DNA of 63,932 bases, filler included, from Octopus bimaculoides (Eukaryota), in the NCBI RefSeq assembly GCF_001194135.2. It is 5 parts of 5 records of this genome, joined end to end, with 100 filler letters (N's around TTAATTAATTAA, not from the genome) between each part and the next. Parts side by side here need not be neighbours in the genome. Positions count along the whole stretch, not along the records: positions 1 to 15,649 come from NC_068982.1; 4 more parts are not named here. The stretch is one strand, 5' to 3'. Position numbers and translations under genes: made by a program. Shown here piece after piece: positions 1-11,003 of this stretch. The notes beneath the pieces are model-generated. The model searched no databases. It was not told where the DNA came from and saw only the letters and a list, made by a program, of their open reading frames with translations. Numbering within the stretch: position 1 is the first letter of the stretch; every line of letters starts with the position of its first letter.

Positions 1-20
1 ATATATATATATATATATAT

Positions 21-120
21 AAAATGGGACAAGAACACAAAACATCCAGACAGACGATACAAAGAAATCAAGGACGGGTCATTCAGAGTTTTCTTTCCTC
101 AGTCGAATTCCAGATTACCT
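21..120. repeat. Dispersed repeat family, partial copy (others at 22628-22880 and inverted at 41945-42200)
   Basis: Block aaaatgggacaagaacacaaaacatccagacagacgatac...tcattc(a/g)gagttttctttcctcagtcga recurs at 22628 and, reverse-complemented, near 42100. The first two copies follow (TA)n tracts. Confidence 0.8.
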
Positions 121-244
121 TAGAAACCGACCGATCAGTCTGGGGATATCTTGACCGCTGCTTTTTCGGGTGATTACGGTCTGTCTGCATGTATGTAAAC
201 AATTATGTGCTTTGACTGTACCTCTCTTTCTCTCTACTTCTTGA

Positions 245-277
<33 letters not shown>

Positions 278-411
278 CTCTCTCTACACACACACATACA
301 CACACACACATACACACACACACATACACACACACGCACATAATTACATAGCTCGGCTTTTTATCCTACAGCCCTTAACTACTAATCACTTTTTTGTCAC
401 TGTCCTTCATT

Positions 412-510
412 TCTTCTTTTTCTTCTTCTTCTTCTTCTTCTTCTTCTTCTTCTTCTTCTTCTTCTTCATTTCTTCTTCTTCTTCTTCTTCCTTTTCTTTC
501 CCCCTTTCTC

Positions 511-567
<57 letters not shown>

Positions 568-635
568 NNNNNNNNNNNNNNNNNNNNNNNNNNNNNNNNN
601 NNNNNNNNNNNNNNNNNNNNNNNNNNNNNNNNNNN

Positions 636-689
<54 letters not shown>

Positions 690-690
690 C
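412..690. repeat. Compound microsatellite (CTT)n/(CT)n interrupted by an N gap
   Basis: Directly visible; explains the poly-S, poly-E and ER ORFs in the track. Confidence 0.95.
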
Positions 691-2119
691 TTCTGACAAC
701 TGCAAATGTGGCTTAAAGATGACGTTTCCAAAGGGCTGAAGTGCAAAAAGGAGACGCAATGCAAAGCAAAACGTAAAACGAAACAATATATTAAACGAAT
801 GACAAACAAACCGCTCTCGCCAGCGTCCATCACACATTTGAGCTGTCCATCACACATTACCTCCTTTGTCATAATAATTAAGTAAAAAACAAACATTAAG
901 CAACACACGCTCTCTCTCTCACTCGCTCCCTTTCTCTCTCTCCCCTCTCTCTCTCTCTCTCTCCTCTCTCTCGCTCTCTCTCCTCTCTTTCTCTGTCTCT
1001 CTCTGTGCTTGTCAAAGTAACATTGCCAGTTACTGTTATATAACTTCTGTAGAAGCTAACTAGAAGAAGAGAAATAACCACAACGCACCACCACCACTAT
1101 CACGACAACAACAACAACAACAACAACAACAGCAATAGCAACGAATAACGAAGTATGAACTCTCATCATCACTAAAGTATGATTTAAGAAGAGAAGAAAA
1201 TCAGAGAGAGAGAAAGGTAAGGGGTGGGTTTGGGACAAATTAACTTTCTTGATGCCATCTAAGTTCGTGATCGAATTGATAAGTTATTTGACTAATTGCT
1301 ATTCAATNNNNNNNNNNNNNNNNNNNNNNNNNNNNNNNNNNNNNNNNNNNNNNNNNNNNNNNNNNNNNNNNNNNNNNNNNNNNNNNNNNNNNNNNNNNNN
1401 NNNNNNNNNNNNNNNNNNNNNNNNNNNNNNNNNNNNNNNNNNNNNNNNNNNNNNNNNNNNNNNNNNNNNNNNNNNNNNNNNNNNNNNNNNNNNNNNNNNN
1501 NNNNNNNNNNNNNNNNNNNNNNNNNNNNNNNNNNNNNNNNNNNNNNNNNNNNNNNNNNNNNNNNNNNNNNNNNNNNNNNNNNNNNNNNNNNNNNNNNNNN
1601 NNNNNNNNNNNNNNNNNNNNNNNNNNNNNNNNNNNNNNNNNNNNNNNNNNNNNNNNNNNNNNNNNNNNNNNNNNNNNNNNNNNNNNNNNNNNNNNNNNNN
1701 NNNNNNNNNNNNNNNNNNNNNNNNNNNNNNNNNNNNNNNNNNNNNNNNNNNNNNNNNNNNNNNNNNNNNNNNNNNNNNNNNNNNNNNNNNNNNNNNNNNN
1801 NNNNNNNNNNNNNNNNNNNNNNNNNNNNNNNNNNNNNNNNNNNNNNNNNNNNNNNNNNNNNNNNNNNNNNNNNNNNNNNNNNNNNNNNNNNNNNNNNNNN
1901 NNNNNNNNNNNNNNNNNNNNNNNNNNNNNNNNNNNNNNNNNNNNNNNNNNNNNNNNNNNNNNNNNNNNNNNNNNNNNNNNNNNNNNNNNNNNNNNNNNNN
2001 NNNNNNNNNNNNNNNNNNNNNNNNNNNNNNNNNNNNNNNNNNNNNNNNNNNNNNNNNNNNNNNNNNNNNNNNNNNNNNNNNNNNNNNNNNNNNNNNNNNN
2101 NNNNNNNNNNNNTTGACAC

Positions 2120-2317
2120 ATGACCAACTATTTTAGGAGATGGGTTAGTCGATAACATTAACTCCAGTGTTTGACCGCTACTTATTTGATCGAGTCCAGA
2201 AAGATGACAAAGTCAACCTCGGCGCAATTCGAACTCACAAGGGAAACCGGAAAAAATGCCCTAAGAAACCGGAAAGAACGCTGGTATGTTAACGATTCTG
2301 CTAGCTCGCCTCCTTAA
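2120..2317 (-). mobile_element. tRNA-derived SINE family C, degenerate (relatives near 19940-20360 and 20920-21150 on -, 24060-24300 and 26770-27120 on +)
   Basis: Minus strand reads ggcgagctagcagaatcgtta (A-box-like), gttcgaattgcgccgaggttgac (B-box-like), then the central block shared with the other copies (gccgaggt..tttgcctttcatcctttcggggtcga..taagtaccag). Confidence 0.65.
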
Positions 2318-2319
2318 CG

Positions 2320-2384
<65 letters not shown>

Positions 2385-2401
2385 TGTAGTAGTAGTAGTA
2401 A

Positions 2402-2868
2402 TAAATGCTCTGATGTAATACCAGGCTGTGAGTCTCATGGATTCTGATCTTAACTGATTGGAAGTGTTATCATGTACATTGTTTTGTCTTGGTGTAAAAG
2501 TTCGGCTGCAGCAGATGTTCTGCTCAATACCACAGAATTGCTTGTCGGTTGTTTGACCATAACCACTTGAGCATGTCCCTTAGGGGTTGACAATATGTGC
2601 ATCTCTGATCACATGCAGGTGTAATGGGGGATTACCGTAGCTATTTGTTGAGAGGTATTCTTTGGAATAATTCACCTTTGGAAACATGGATGTTTCATTC
2701 ATCATCCTTAAACAACCCCTATTCAAGGACCATTTGAGTGAGATGGGCTACTCGATCTGAAGAAAATTCTAACTGGGCCCCACCTGCAAAGTCATGCACT
2801 ATTTATCTTGATATGAGATCACCATGTCGCGCACATATGGTTGTGATGCATGCTCTGCTCTCTCACTC

Positions 2869-2910
<42 letters not shown>
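2402..2910 (+). mobile_element. Non-coding retroelement 3' portion ending in an (AAT)14 tail; part duplicated near 4000-4086
   Basis: Starts after an (AGT)n array and ends ...ctctcactc(AAT)14. Block ataattcacctttggaaacatgg...aaacaacc..tattcaagga recurs at about 4019-4082. Confidence 0.6.
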
Positions 2911-2959
<49 letters not shown>

Positions 2960-2962
2960 ATA

Positions 2963-3733
2963 GTCCAAATAGATAAGAGTAGCGAATCACCTCTTTGTAG
3001 GTTATGTGGTAGCAGAAACGAAACGATTTTACATATTATGAGTGAGTATAGGAAACTGGCACAAAAGAACTGCAAAAGGAGGCACGATAACGCAGTTACG
3101 TTCAACCACTGGCGGTTATATGAAAAGTACGGCCTGAACAGATACTGGAAATGGTACGAACATGAACCAGAAGGAGCCACCAAGAACCAGGAATATAAGC
3201 TACTGTGGGATTTTACAATCTAATGTGACTCCCTAATCGATGCCCGGGGACCAGATATTGGTGTGGTAGGTAAAGGAAAAAAGGAAACCAAGATTATAGA
3301 TATTGCAATACCTGGGGATGTACTCATAAGTGACAAAGAACTAGAAAAGATTGTAAAGTACAGACAACTAAAAGACGAAATTGCAAGAATGTGGACTATG
3401 AGGAGAGTGTCTGTCATTCCAGTAATTGTAGGGGAACTCGGAGTATTAACAACGAGGTTCGAGAAATATGTCAGAGAAATCGGAATTGGCATGAGAGCAG
3501 AAGCTCAAAAACTGCTCTACTGGGGACAGATAGGATTTTCAGATTAGTATTTGGATGTAGAATGTCTCCCACGATAATTAACAACGAATTAGCAAAGTTT
3601 ATAATGTGACGTAAAAGATTCCGTGTGACCTCTGACAGCAGACTGCTGTCCGCTCTCACAGTGTCTACCAGAGCAAACAAGACCAAGCGCTCTGAGAGGT
3701 AAAACAGCAACAACAACAACAACAACAATAACA
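2963..3733 (+). mobile_element. 5'-truncated, decayed non-LTR retrotransposon with Zn-knuckle and restriction-like endonuclease (R2/R4/NeSL group, R4/Dong-like)
   Basis: Translation SPLCRLCGSRNETILHIMSEY (CCHC with last Cys lost)...WYEHEPEG...LLWDFTI*CDSLIDARGPDIGVV...IIDIAIPGD...EKIVKY...VIPVIVGELG, then after a frameshift ALLGTDRIFR. Stop at 3221-3223; (CAA)n 3' tail. Confidence 0.88.
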
Positions 3734-4335
3734 GTTGTCGTTGGCATCCTTCTGTTCTGAGAGACAATGGAGTTGTACATAAACTAATCCAATCTGTTTT
3801 TAGATTTCATGTCCTCTCCAGTTTCCTCTCCAGTTTTGCGCTGACCTGGGCTAGATGTAAGAAAATCTTGGGTAGCCCAATCGTCAGGATTCCTCTCTCG
3901 ACCTTGCTGACATAGTCCAAAGATGTGCAGAGCATTACGCTTGGCACCAGCTTGGTTGCAGGAGCTCCCAGAAGAGTGTATAGTCGAACACTAAACTAAG
4001 GAATTCTTTGGGGTTTGGATAATTCACCTTTGGAAACATGGGTATTTCGTTCGACATCTTCAAACAACCTTTATTCAAGGATCTTGTGACTGCCTGTTGA
4101 GACAAAGTTGATTTGATGGAAGGAGTAAAGTAGTGTGAAGCACAAACAGTTGATCGCTTTAAACACACACTCCACGGGGGTTCTTCGACGGACAGTTTTC
4201 ATCAAAACTGTTCGCCAAACAGGTACGAGTAATAGTTCTGTTAATATTTTGCAGCTTTTATTATAAAGCATATCACTCTACTCTTGGTATTCAAGTACTA
4301 TTTCTTCCGTATTGTTTTACACTCATATACCTACC

Positions 4336-4366
<31 letters not shown>

Positions 4367-4482
4367 NNNNNNNNNNNNNNNNNNNNNNNNNNNNNNNNNN
4401 NNNNNNNNNNNNNNNNNNNNNNNNNNNNNNNNNNNNNNNNNNNNNNNNNNNNNGTGTGTGTGTGTGTGCATATATATATGTT

Positions 4483-4520
<38 letters not shown>

Positions 4521-5277
4521 CGTGTGTGTGTGTGTGTGTATAGATATGAATGTTTGTATATGTATATATGTTGTTGGCACTCCATCGGTTACGACGACGA
4601 GGGTTCCAGTTGATCCGATCAACGGAACAGCCTGCTCGTGAAATTAACGTGCAAGTATATATATATACGCACACGTAAGTGTGTGTGTTTGTGTGTGTGT
4701 ACATATATAGAAATGATGTTCAATGGAGTTATACGGTAATACGTCACGGCGTAATACGTCATGAGCTTTATTTTCATTGTTATCAAACATTCAATTAACG
4801 ATGTTTGATATATAAAAGGATTGCACCATAACATCTTGTAGCGTGATATTATATATCGTAGGACATGTGGTGCCGTAACCCAATATAGGTGCATTATACA
4901 GGGAATAGCATTGTTTACCAGACTATAGTTGAAAATAATATGATGATACGATTTCGTATAATATATTATCACTGTGTCCTAACATTAAGAACTATATTCC
5001 CTAAATACATTAAAAACACATCATGAGTACGACGCATCTCCGCTACAATAAATTTACAATGAAATAATTCACAATAAGCCAACGTTGTCAATATAGTTAT
5101 ATTATAGGAAACATATTAGCTTATCTTAGAGATTTATATAGCGAATCGATAATATATATTTAGATGGCATCACTAAATTTAATTCATTGTTTTTTGTTTT
5201 CATATTTTGTTTTTCTGAAAGTATGATGGTAGAAAATATTTCAATAAAATATAAAAAATATAATGTTTGCAGCTAAA

Positions 5278-5374
<97 letters not shown>

Positions 5375-5416
5375 TATAGATATGCATGCACACACGGACA
5401 TACATACAAAAATACA

Positions 5417-5452
<36 letters not shown>

Positions 5453-5947
5453 TATGTACACCTATATGCATATACACGCACACATATACATATATTATAT
5501 ATGTGTGTGTGTATGAGAATATGCACACACACACACACATACACATACACACAATTATATATATGAAGTTTTCTTGAAATATTGTTTTTATTGAAAGCGT
5601 TTTTAGACAGTTTATGACGATGAAGTATGTAATGGAGATTTTGATGACGTTGAGTCGTCTGCTAGTGATGGTAGAAGTAGTGGTGGAAGTAGTGGTGGAA
5701 GTAGTGGTGACAGGGTGGCAGTGAGAATGGTGATGGTACTGCTTGTAATCCAATTTTAATTTTTTTCGTGCATGCTTTTTTTGTTATATTTATGAACACT
5801 AAATTTTTCTTTCAGATTCCTTCATGAGGAGAATGAACATTAATTTCTATTTTCAGAAGAAATGAAAACCTCATACATACATACATACATACATACATAC
5901 ATACATACACACACATATACATACATATGTGTGAGTATGCATGTATA

Positions 5948-6005
<58 letters not shown>

Positions 6006-6039
6006 GTAATAAAAATATTATATAAATATATGCATATAT

Positions 6040-6140
6040 ACATACATATATACCTACATACATATGTATATACCTACATATATATGTATATATACATGCA
6101 TATATGGGTACAGGACATTAAAAAAACGTCAACAATATGA
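6040..6140. repeat. Dispersed repeat end catacctacatat...tatatgggtacaggacat (also 8490-8570 and 21480-21610)
   Basis: Three near-identical copies visible in the window. Confidence 0.75.
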
Positions 6141-6231
6141 GGGGGCAAGTGTCTTCTACTATACCGTTGGGCTGACCAAAGCCTTGTGAGTGGATTTGGT
6201 AGACGGAAACTGAAAGAAGCCCATCGTATAC

Positions 6232-6298
<67 letters not shown>

Positions 6299-9230
6299 AT
6301 CATAAAAAGAGCAAAACTGTGACATGAGAATCAAATGATCTTGTTAGTTTTTGTTTCATTTATTGTGTTTGAGTTTAAATATTTTTTTCTTGTCATGAAA
6401 GTCTTGGCACTAATACTACTTGCTTTCATGCGCTAGTTTGTCTGTTGAATATTGAATTCTGTTTATGATAATACTGCAATATAGCATTCTAATACTGAGA
6501 GGTGAGTAATGCCATTTCAATTATTATTGTTGCTCTCATCCTCAAAAGCCAGTCGATAAAGAAATAACTGAATTGCACAACCTCTACGACTTCACAACAG
6601 TGTTTTCTCTCCCCTTGGATATTTCGGCTACAACCATTAAATTTTTTCCTTCGTAGAACCCCAAGACATTCTCCTCGCTCTACTTCCTCCTATACCTAAC
6701 AGCTCTCAGAATTTCAAGACGAACAGTAGCTGCATTGACTTCAACTGTCTAGTGGGTATTACTTTTATAGGAGCTGCCTTTGAGGTCAATGGAAAAATTT
6801 TAACTTAGATTTTGCCTATTTGTTTGCAGACATAAACCACATTTGCTGGTCGTAATAACGGTTCTACATCCCAAAGCCTTGTGTTAAGAACGTACAACGT
6901 TCTTATGAAACACACCCACTCACTGGGTTCTTGAAAAGTTTCGTATATTATCCGTCATTTAAACTTCAAATAAACTACCAATTTCAGCTCTATCAGATCG
7001 GTGTATTTGTCTGTAATATAAATTCCTTAGGAGCAACTTTGGCTTTTGTTCAGTTTCTGTAAGTATCCTCTGACTGTAGAAAGGGTTCAACATTGAAGCT
7101 ACCAGTGGTTAATGTATGTGTATCTCAATTACCTTTTTATCATGGAAACAATCTAGAGATGAGAAACTTGAAAACTACCAGCATTTATCCTATCGATGTG
7201 GGTTGTGGTTATAGCACCTATTCGTTACTAAGATTTAGTAACTGGAAAGAAGTAATACTACCATATTGTTCCGTTTGAACATCAGAATATGCTATCGGTT
7301 GGTTCACGCCTCCTACTCACTGGCACTATATCTAAGACATGTTCTACAATTCGCCACCTGTGGACGAGCTAGATACAGTAGAGTCGACCCACCCACCAGA
7401 AACAAGGCATTGACGTCACAAAGTTCACAGCCTATCAGCAACAAACGTGCGATGTTTGTTTTCGTATGTGAAAACATAGATGCGTTTGTGTACTGCGAAG
7501 TATATGTTCATTATGTATACTTATCTATAGTATAGACGTCTGTTTGGTTATATAGCGGAAAGATTTGTTTTTCCAACAACCCAAAGTTTCTAGTTTCTAC
7601 TTAACTTTACAAAGAGGAATAACAATATATCTCAATTAGTAAGGAATTCGTAGCAGCATCCAAGTTCTTTATCTCTTCCAATACAAACACATCAAAGACG
7701 TATCGACCATAAATTTGCAACAAACCATATGTATTTTGCTAAAGTCATCATCTTCTATTTTTTATTTTTATTTTCCATTATATTACTTTCCCAGGTGTAC
7801 GGACTTAAATCTTACTTCTATTTGATTGTTTAGTTGAAAATTTTTGCTGCATTTTTGCTCCGCTGGTGTTATTTTTGTTAATGTTTATCTGCTTGATGTA
7901 TTTATTGTGAATTTTTCGTATCGCTTTGCTTCCATTTTTTAAAACGCGTGTACGTCTTAGAGATTTCTTTTTTAAATCAAAAACATTTAAAAGATTTTGG
8001 AATTAAGAAAAAACAATCGTCTTTCTTTATTAAATTTATCAATTGTTTATTGGTAATGAATCGTATACGTGGCTAAACAGTTCATTATTTATTTTCTTGC
8101 ACAATATTAATTTTTCCAAAAAAGCATTCATTAAAAAATGTTTTAATAATTTTGTTTAACTTTAATTTTCATTTCATAGGTGGGACGAAAAAGATTTTCA
8201 ATTGCTTATTCGTTAGCAATTATCTTTTTCAAACGATTATATAAAAACATAATTATGATTATCACTTCGAGAGGAACGGCAAGGACAGCGATGGTGATGA
8301 TGATGGTGAGGATGAGGATGATGATAATGACGACGACGACGATGATGACGATGACGATGGTCTTAATGAACTATGACCTCGATGAGGATGATATAACGGT
8401 GATGGTGGCTATGACTATCATTAGGGTAATACATGCTAATAAAATTATATACATATGTATAATATAAATAATATAGAATATATGCATATATACATACGTG
8501 TATGTACATACCTACATATATATGTATATATACATGTATATATGGGTACAGGACATAAAAAAACGACGTGCTTTTATGTCTTCTTAAAGGTCGTTTTTCC
8601 AGCGTTCATAATCTTCACATCGTCCTGGCTCAACAGCCGTCACCGTTTGTTTTTACTGTTTTCTTCTCACTGTCCTGTTTTTGTTACCACTTTCACATAC
8701 AAATATATACATGTATACATGTATGCATATATATATACATGTATACATGTATATATATATGTATGTATATATATATATNNNNNNNNNNNNNNNNNNNNNN
8801 NNNNNNNNNNNNNNNNNNNNNNNNNNNNNNNNNNNNNNNNNNNNNNNNNNNNNNNNNNNNNNNNNNNNNNNNNNNNNNNNNNNNNNNNNNNNNNNNNNNN
8901 NNNNNNNNNNNNNNNNNNNNNNNNNNNNNNNNNNNNNNNNNNNNNNNNNNNNNNNNNNNNNNNNNNNNNNNNNNNNNNNNNNNNNNNNNNNNNNNNNNNN
9001 NNNNNNNNNNNNNNNNNNNNNNNNNNNNNNNNNNNNNNNNNNNNNNNNNNNNNNNNNNNNNNNNNNNNNNNNNNNNNNNNNNNNNNNNNNNNNNNNNNNN
9101 NNNNNNNNNNNNNNNNNNNNNNNNNNNNNNNNNNNNNNNNNNNNNNNNNNNNNNNNNNNNNNNNNNNNNNNNNNNNNNNNNNNNNNNNNNNNNNNNNNNN
9201 NNNNNNNNNNNNNNNNNNNNNNNNNNNNNN

Positions 9231-9259
<29 letters not shown>

Positions 9260-9261
<2 letters not shown>

Positions 9262-9562
9262 TATAGCCCCAAGCCGGCCAAAACCTTGTGAGTAGATTTC
9301 CCACAAGGAAACTGAAAGACTGTCGTATATATAGCTATATTTGTGCGCGTGCGCGTATCTGTGTCTGTGTTTGTACCCACACCATTGCTTGACAACCGAT
9401 GTTGCTGCGTTTATTTTCCCATAACTTAGCGGTTCTGCAAAAGATACTGATAGAATAAGTACTAGGCTTACAAAGAATAAATCATTTTGTCGATTTGTTC
9501 GACCAACAGCGGTGCTCCAGCATAGCCGCAGTCGCATGACTGAAACAAGTAAAACAATAAAG
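9260..9562 (+). mobile_element. tRNA-derived SINE family A, 5'-truncated
   Basis: Body matches other family A copies (ccttgtgagt.gatt...aacttagcggttc.gcaaaaga..c.gatagaataagtactaggcttacaaagaata...gactgaaacaagtaaaa). Confidence 0.85.
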
Positions 9563-9579
9563 AACTTTGCCATTTTAAT

Positions 9580-9608
9580 CCCGAGCAAAGCCGGGTATCT
9601 CTGCTAGT
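9580..9608 (+). mobile_element. Helitron-like 3' terminus
   Basis: GC-rich subterminal hairpin cccgagcaaagccggg followed 8 nt later by CTAG|T, the canonical Helitron 3' signature. Confidence 0.5.
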
Positions 9609-10058
9609 ATATATATATATACATATTATGTGTGTGTGTGTATGTGTTAATGGTTTATTTTTATGCTCAGTTATAAGAATAATAATTTTACATTAATTTG
9701 ATGGGTCAATCTATACTTTTGTAGAGTATAAATTTATTATTCTTAAACAAGACTATTATTGACAGTGACTTCGAAGTTTCGGTCTGTTCACGGGCCGAAT
9801 CTTCGAAATCAATGTCAAAAATATTGTTTGTTAATAATTATGCATACGTGTGTGTGTGTGTGTGTGTGTGAGTGTGAGCACGGATGGATGTTTTGGTGAT
9901 GAAATAGCTTTGCAGCCATTTAGATTCAGGTTCGATGCCATTCAATGGCATTTTGGGTGTTTTCTATGATAGCCTAGGGCTGATTAATATTTTGCGAATA
10001 AAACTGGCGGACGGAAGCCCGTCGCATGTATGTGTGTGTATTTCTGTGTATGTATATG

Positions 10059-11003
10059 CAGTAATGCCTCGATATACGAATCAATTTGTTCCCGGACTCC
10101 GGTCGTAAAGCGAAAACTCGTAAAGGGGAGCAATAATTTTCCATAGTAGCAATGTTATAAATCGTAATTCGTCCCTAGGAAAATATCAATAAAGTTCATA
10201 ATACTCGTAAATAGATGGCAATAAAACAACAGTAGAATGTAAAGAATATTTTATGTGAAGTAAAAAGAATGTCAAGATCATTTATAATAAAAAATATAAT
10301 CATTATTCTTGTATTTCGGAATGGTCATATATTTTTTTCAAATAGACACACGCACTATATATTTGTTCTTTACTCGCTTAGTACTGCTCTTTTTTTTTTC
10401 TTTAACTCATGTCCATTGTTTGGAAATCTTTCGTCACACATCTGTGACTTCTTCAGCGACACTTTTCGTTTGCATGTGTGCTCTTGCACCAATTATTCCG
10501 CTCACAGAATGGGACCAAAGATTTCCGGACAATGGGCATGAGCTAAAATTAAAAAAAGGAATATTAAGAAACGAGTGAAAAACAAATATATAGTGTGTGT
10601 GTTCATTTGGCAAAATAAAAGACCCTCCTGAAATACAACAATATCTGTTTCAACACACGATTTCACAACACAAATTGGTAAACGTAATATTATCATTATA
10701 ATCGTTTTTTGAATCCCTCTCACTCGCACTAGACTCGCCCACACCATCACTTGTAGACGCGATCGCCGATTCACAAGCATTCGTAGATGAACTTATCAAT
10801 TTCATTTTTAAAAAAGTCTAGAGTTGTTTGCTTAGAATTTTTTTTTTTCGCTCTCTATAAATTTCTCGGTAATACGCAGAAGCATTTGTTATGGTAGGAG
10901 AAACTTTTGTACTTCGCTCAAAATTTGGATCTTGTGCTTAAAAAATAAAGCTCGTAAACCAGGGGTCACGTAAATCGGCTCCTCGTAAAGTGAGATATTA
11001 CTG
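10059..11003. mobile_element. pogo/Tigger-like (Tc1/mariner superfamily) non-autonomous element with internal inverted repeat
   Basis: Imperfect TIRs CAGTAATGCCTCGATATACGA (10059) and TCGTAAAGTGAGATATTACTG (ends 11003). TA follows the right end; the left flank is TG. No transposase ORF. Confidence 0.7.

Noticed and set aside
1249-2158. Long ORFs in the track here and at 8455-9588, 30602-31386, 32999-34087, 60149-61396
   Set aside because: They are open only because they run through N gaps.
5607-5755. Acidic Gly/Ser-rich frame (YDDEVCNGDFDDVESSASDGRSSGGSSGG) after ttttAG
   Set aside because: Built on an agtagtggtgga repeat, with no convincing donor and no partner exons.
4284-6334. ORFs of YI, HT, CV, ER and poly-I/L repeats throughout the window
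   Set aside because: Translations of microsatellites, with no splice or homology support.
6394-6510. Signal-peptide-like MKVLALILLAFMR with a downstream GTGAGT donor
   Set aside because: A stop after 13 codons; no frame reaches the donor.
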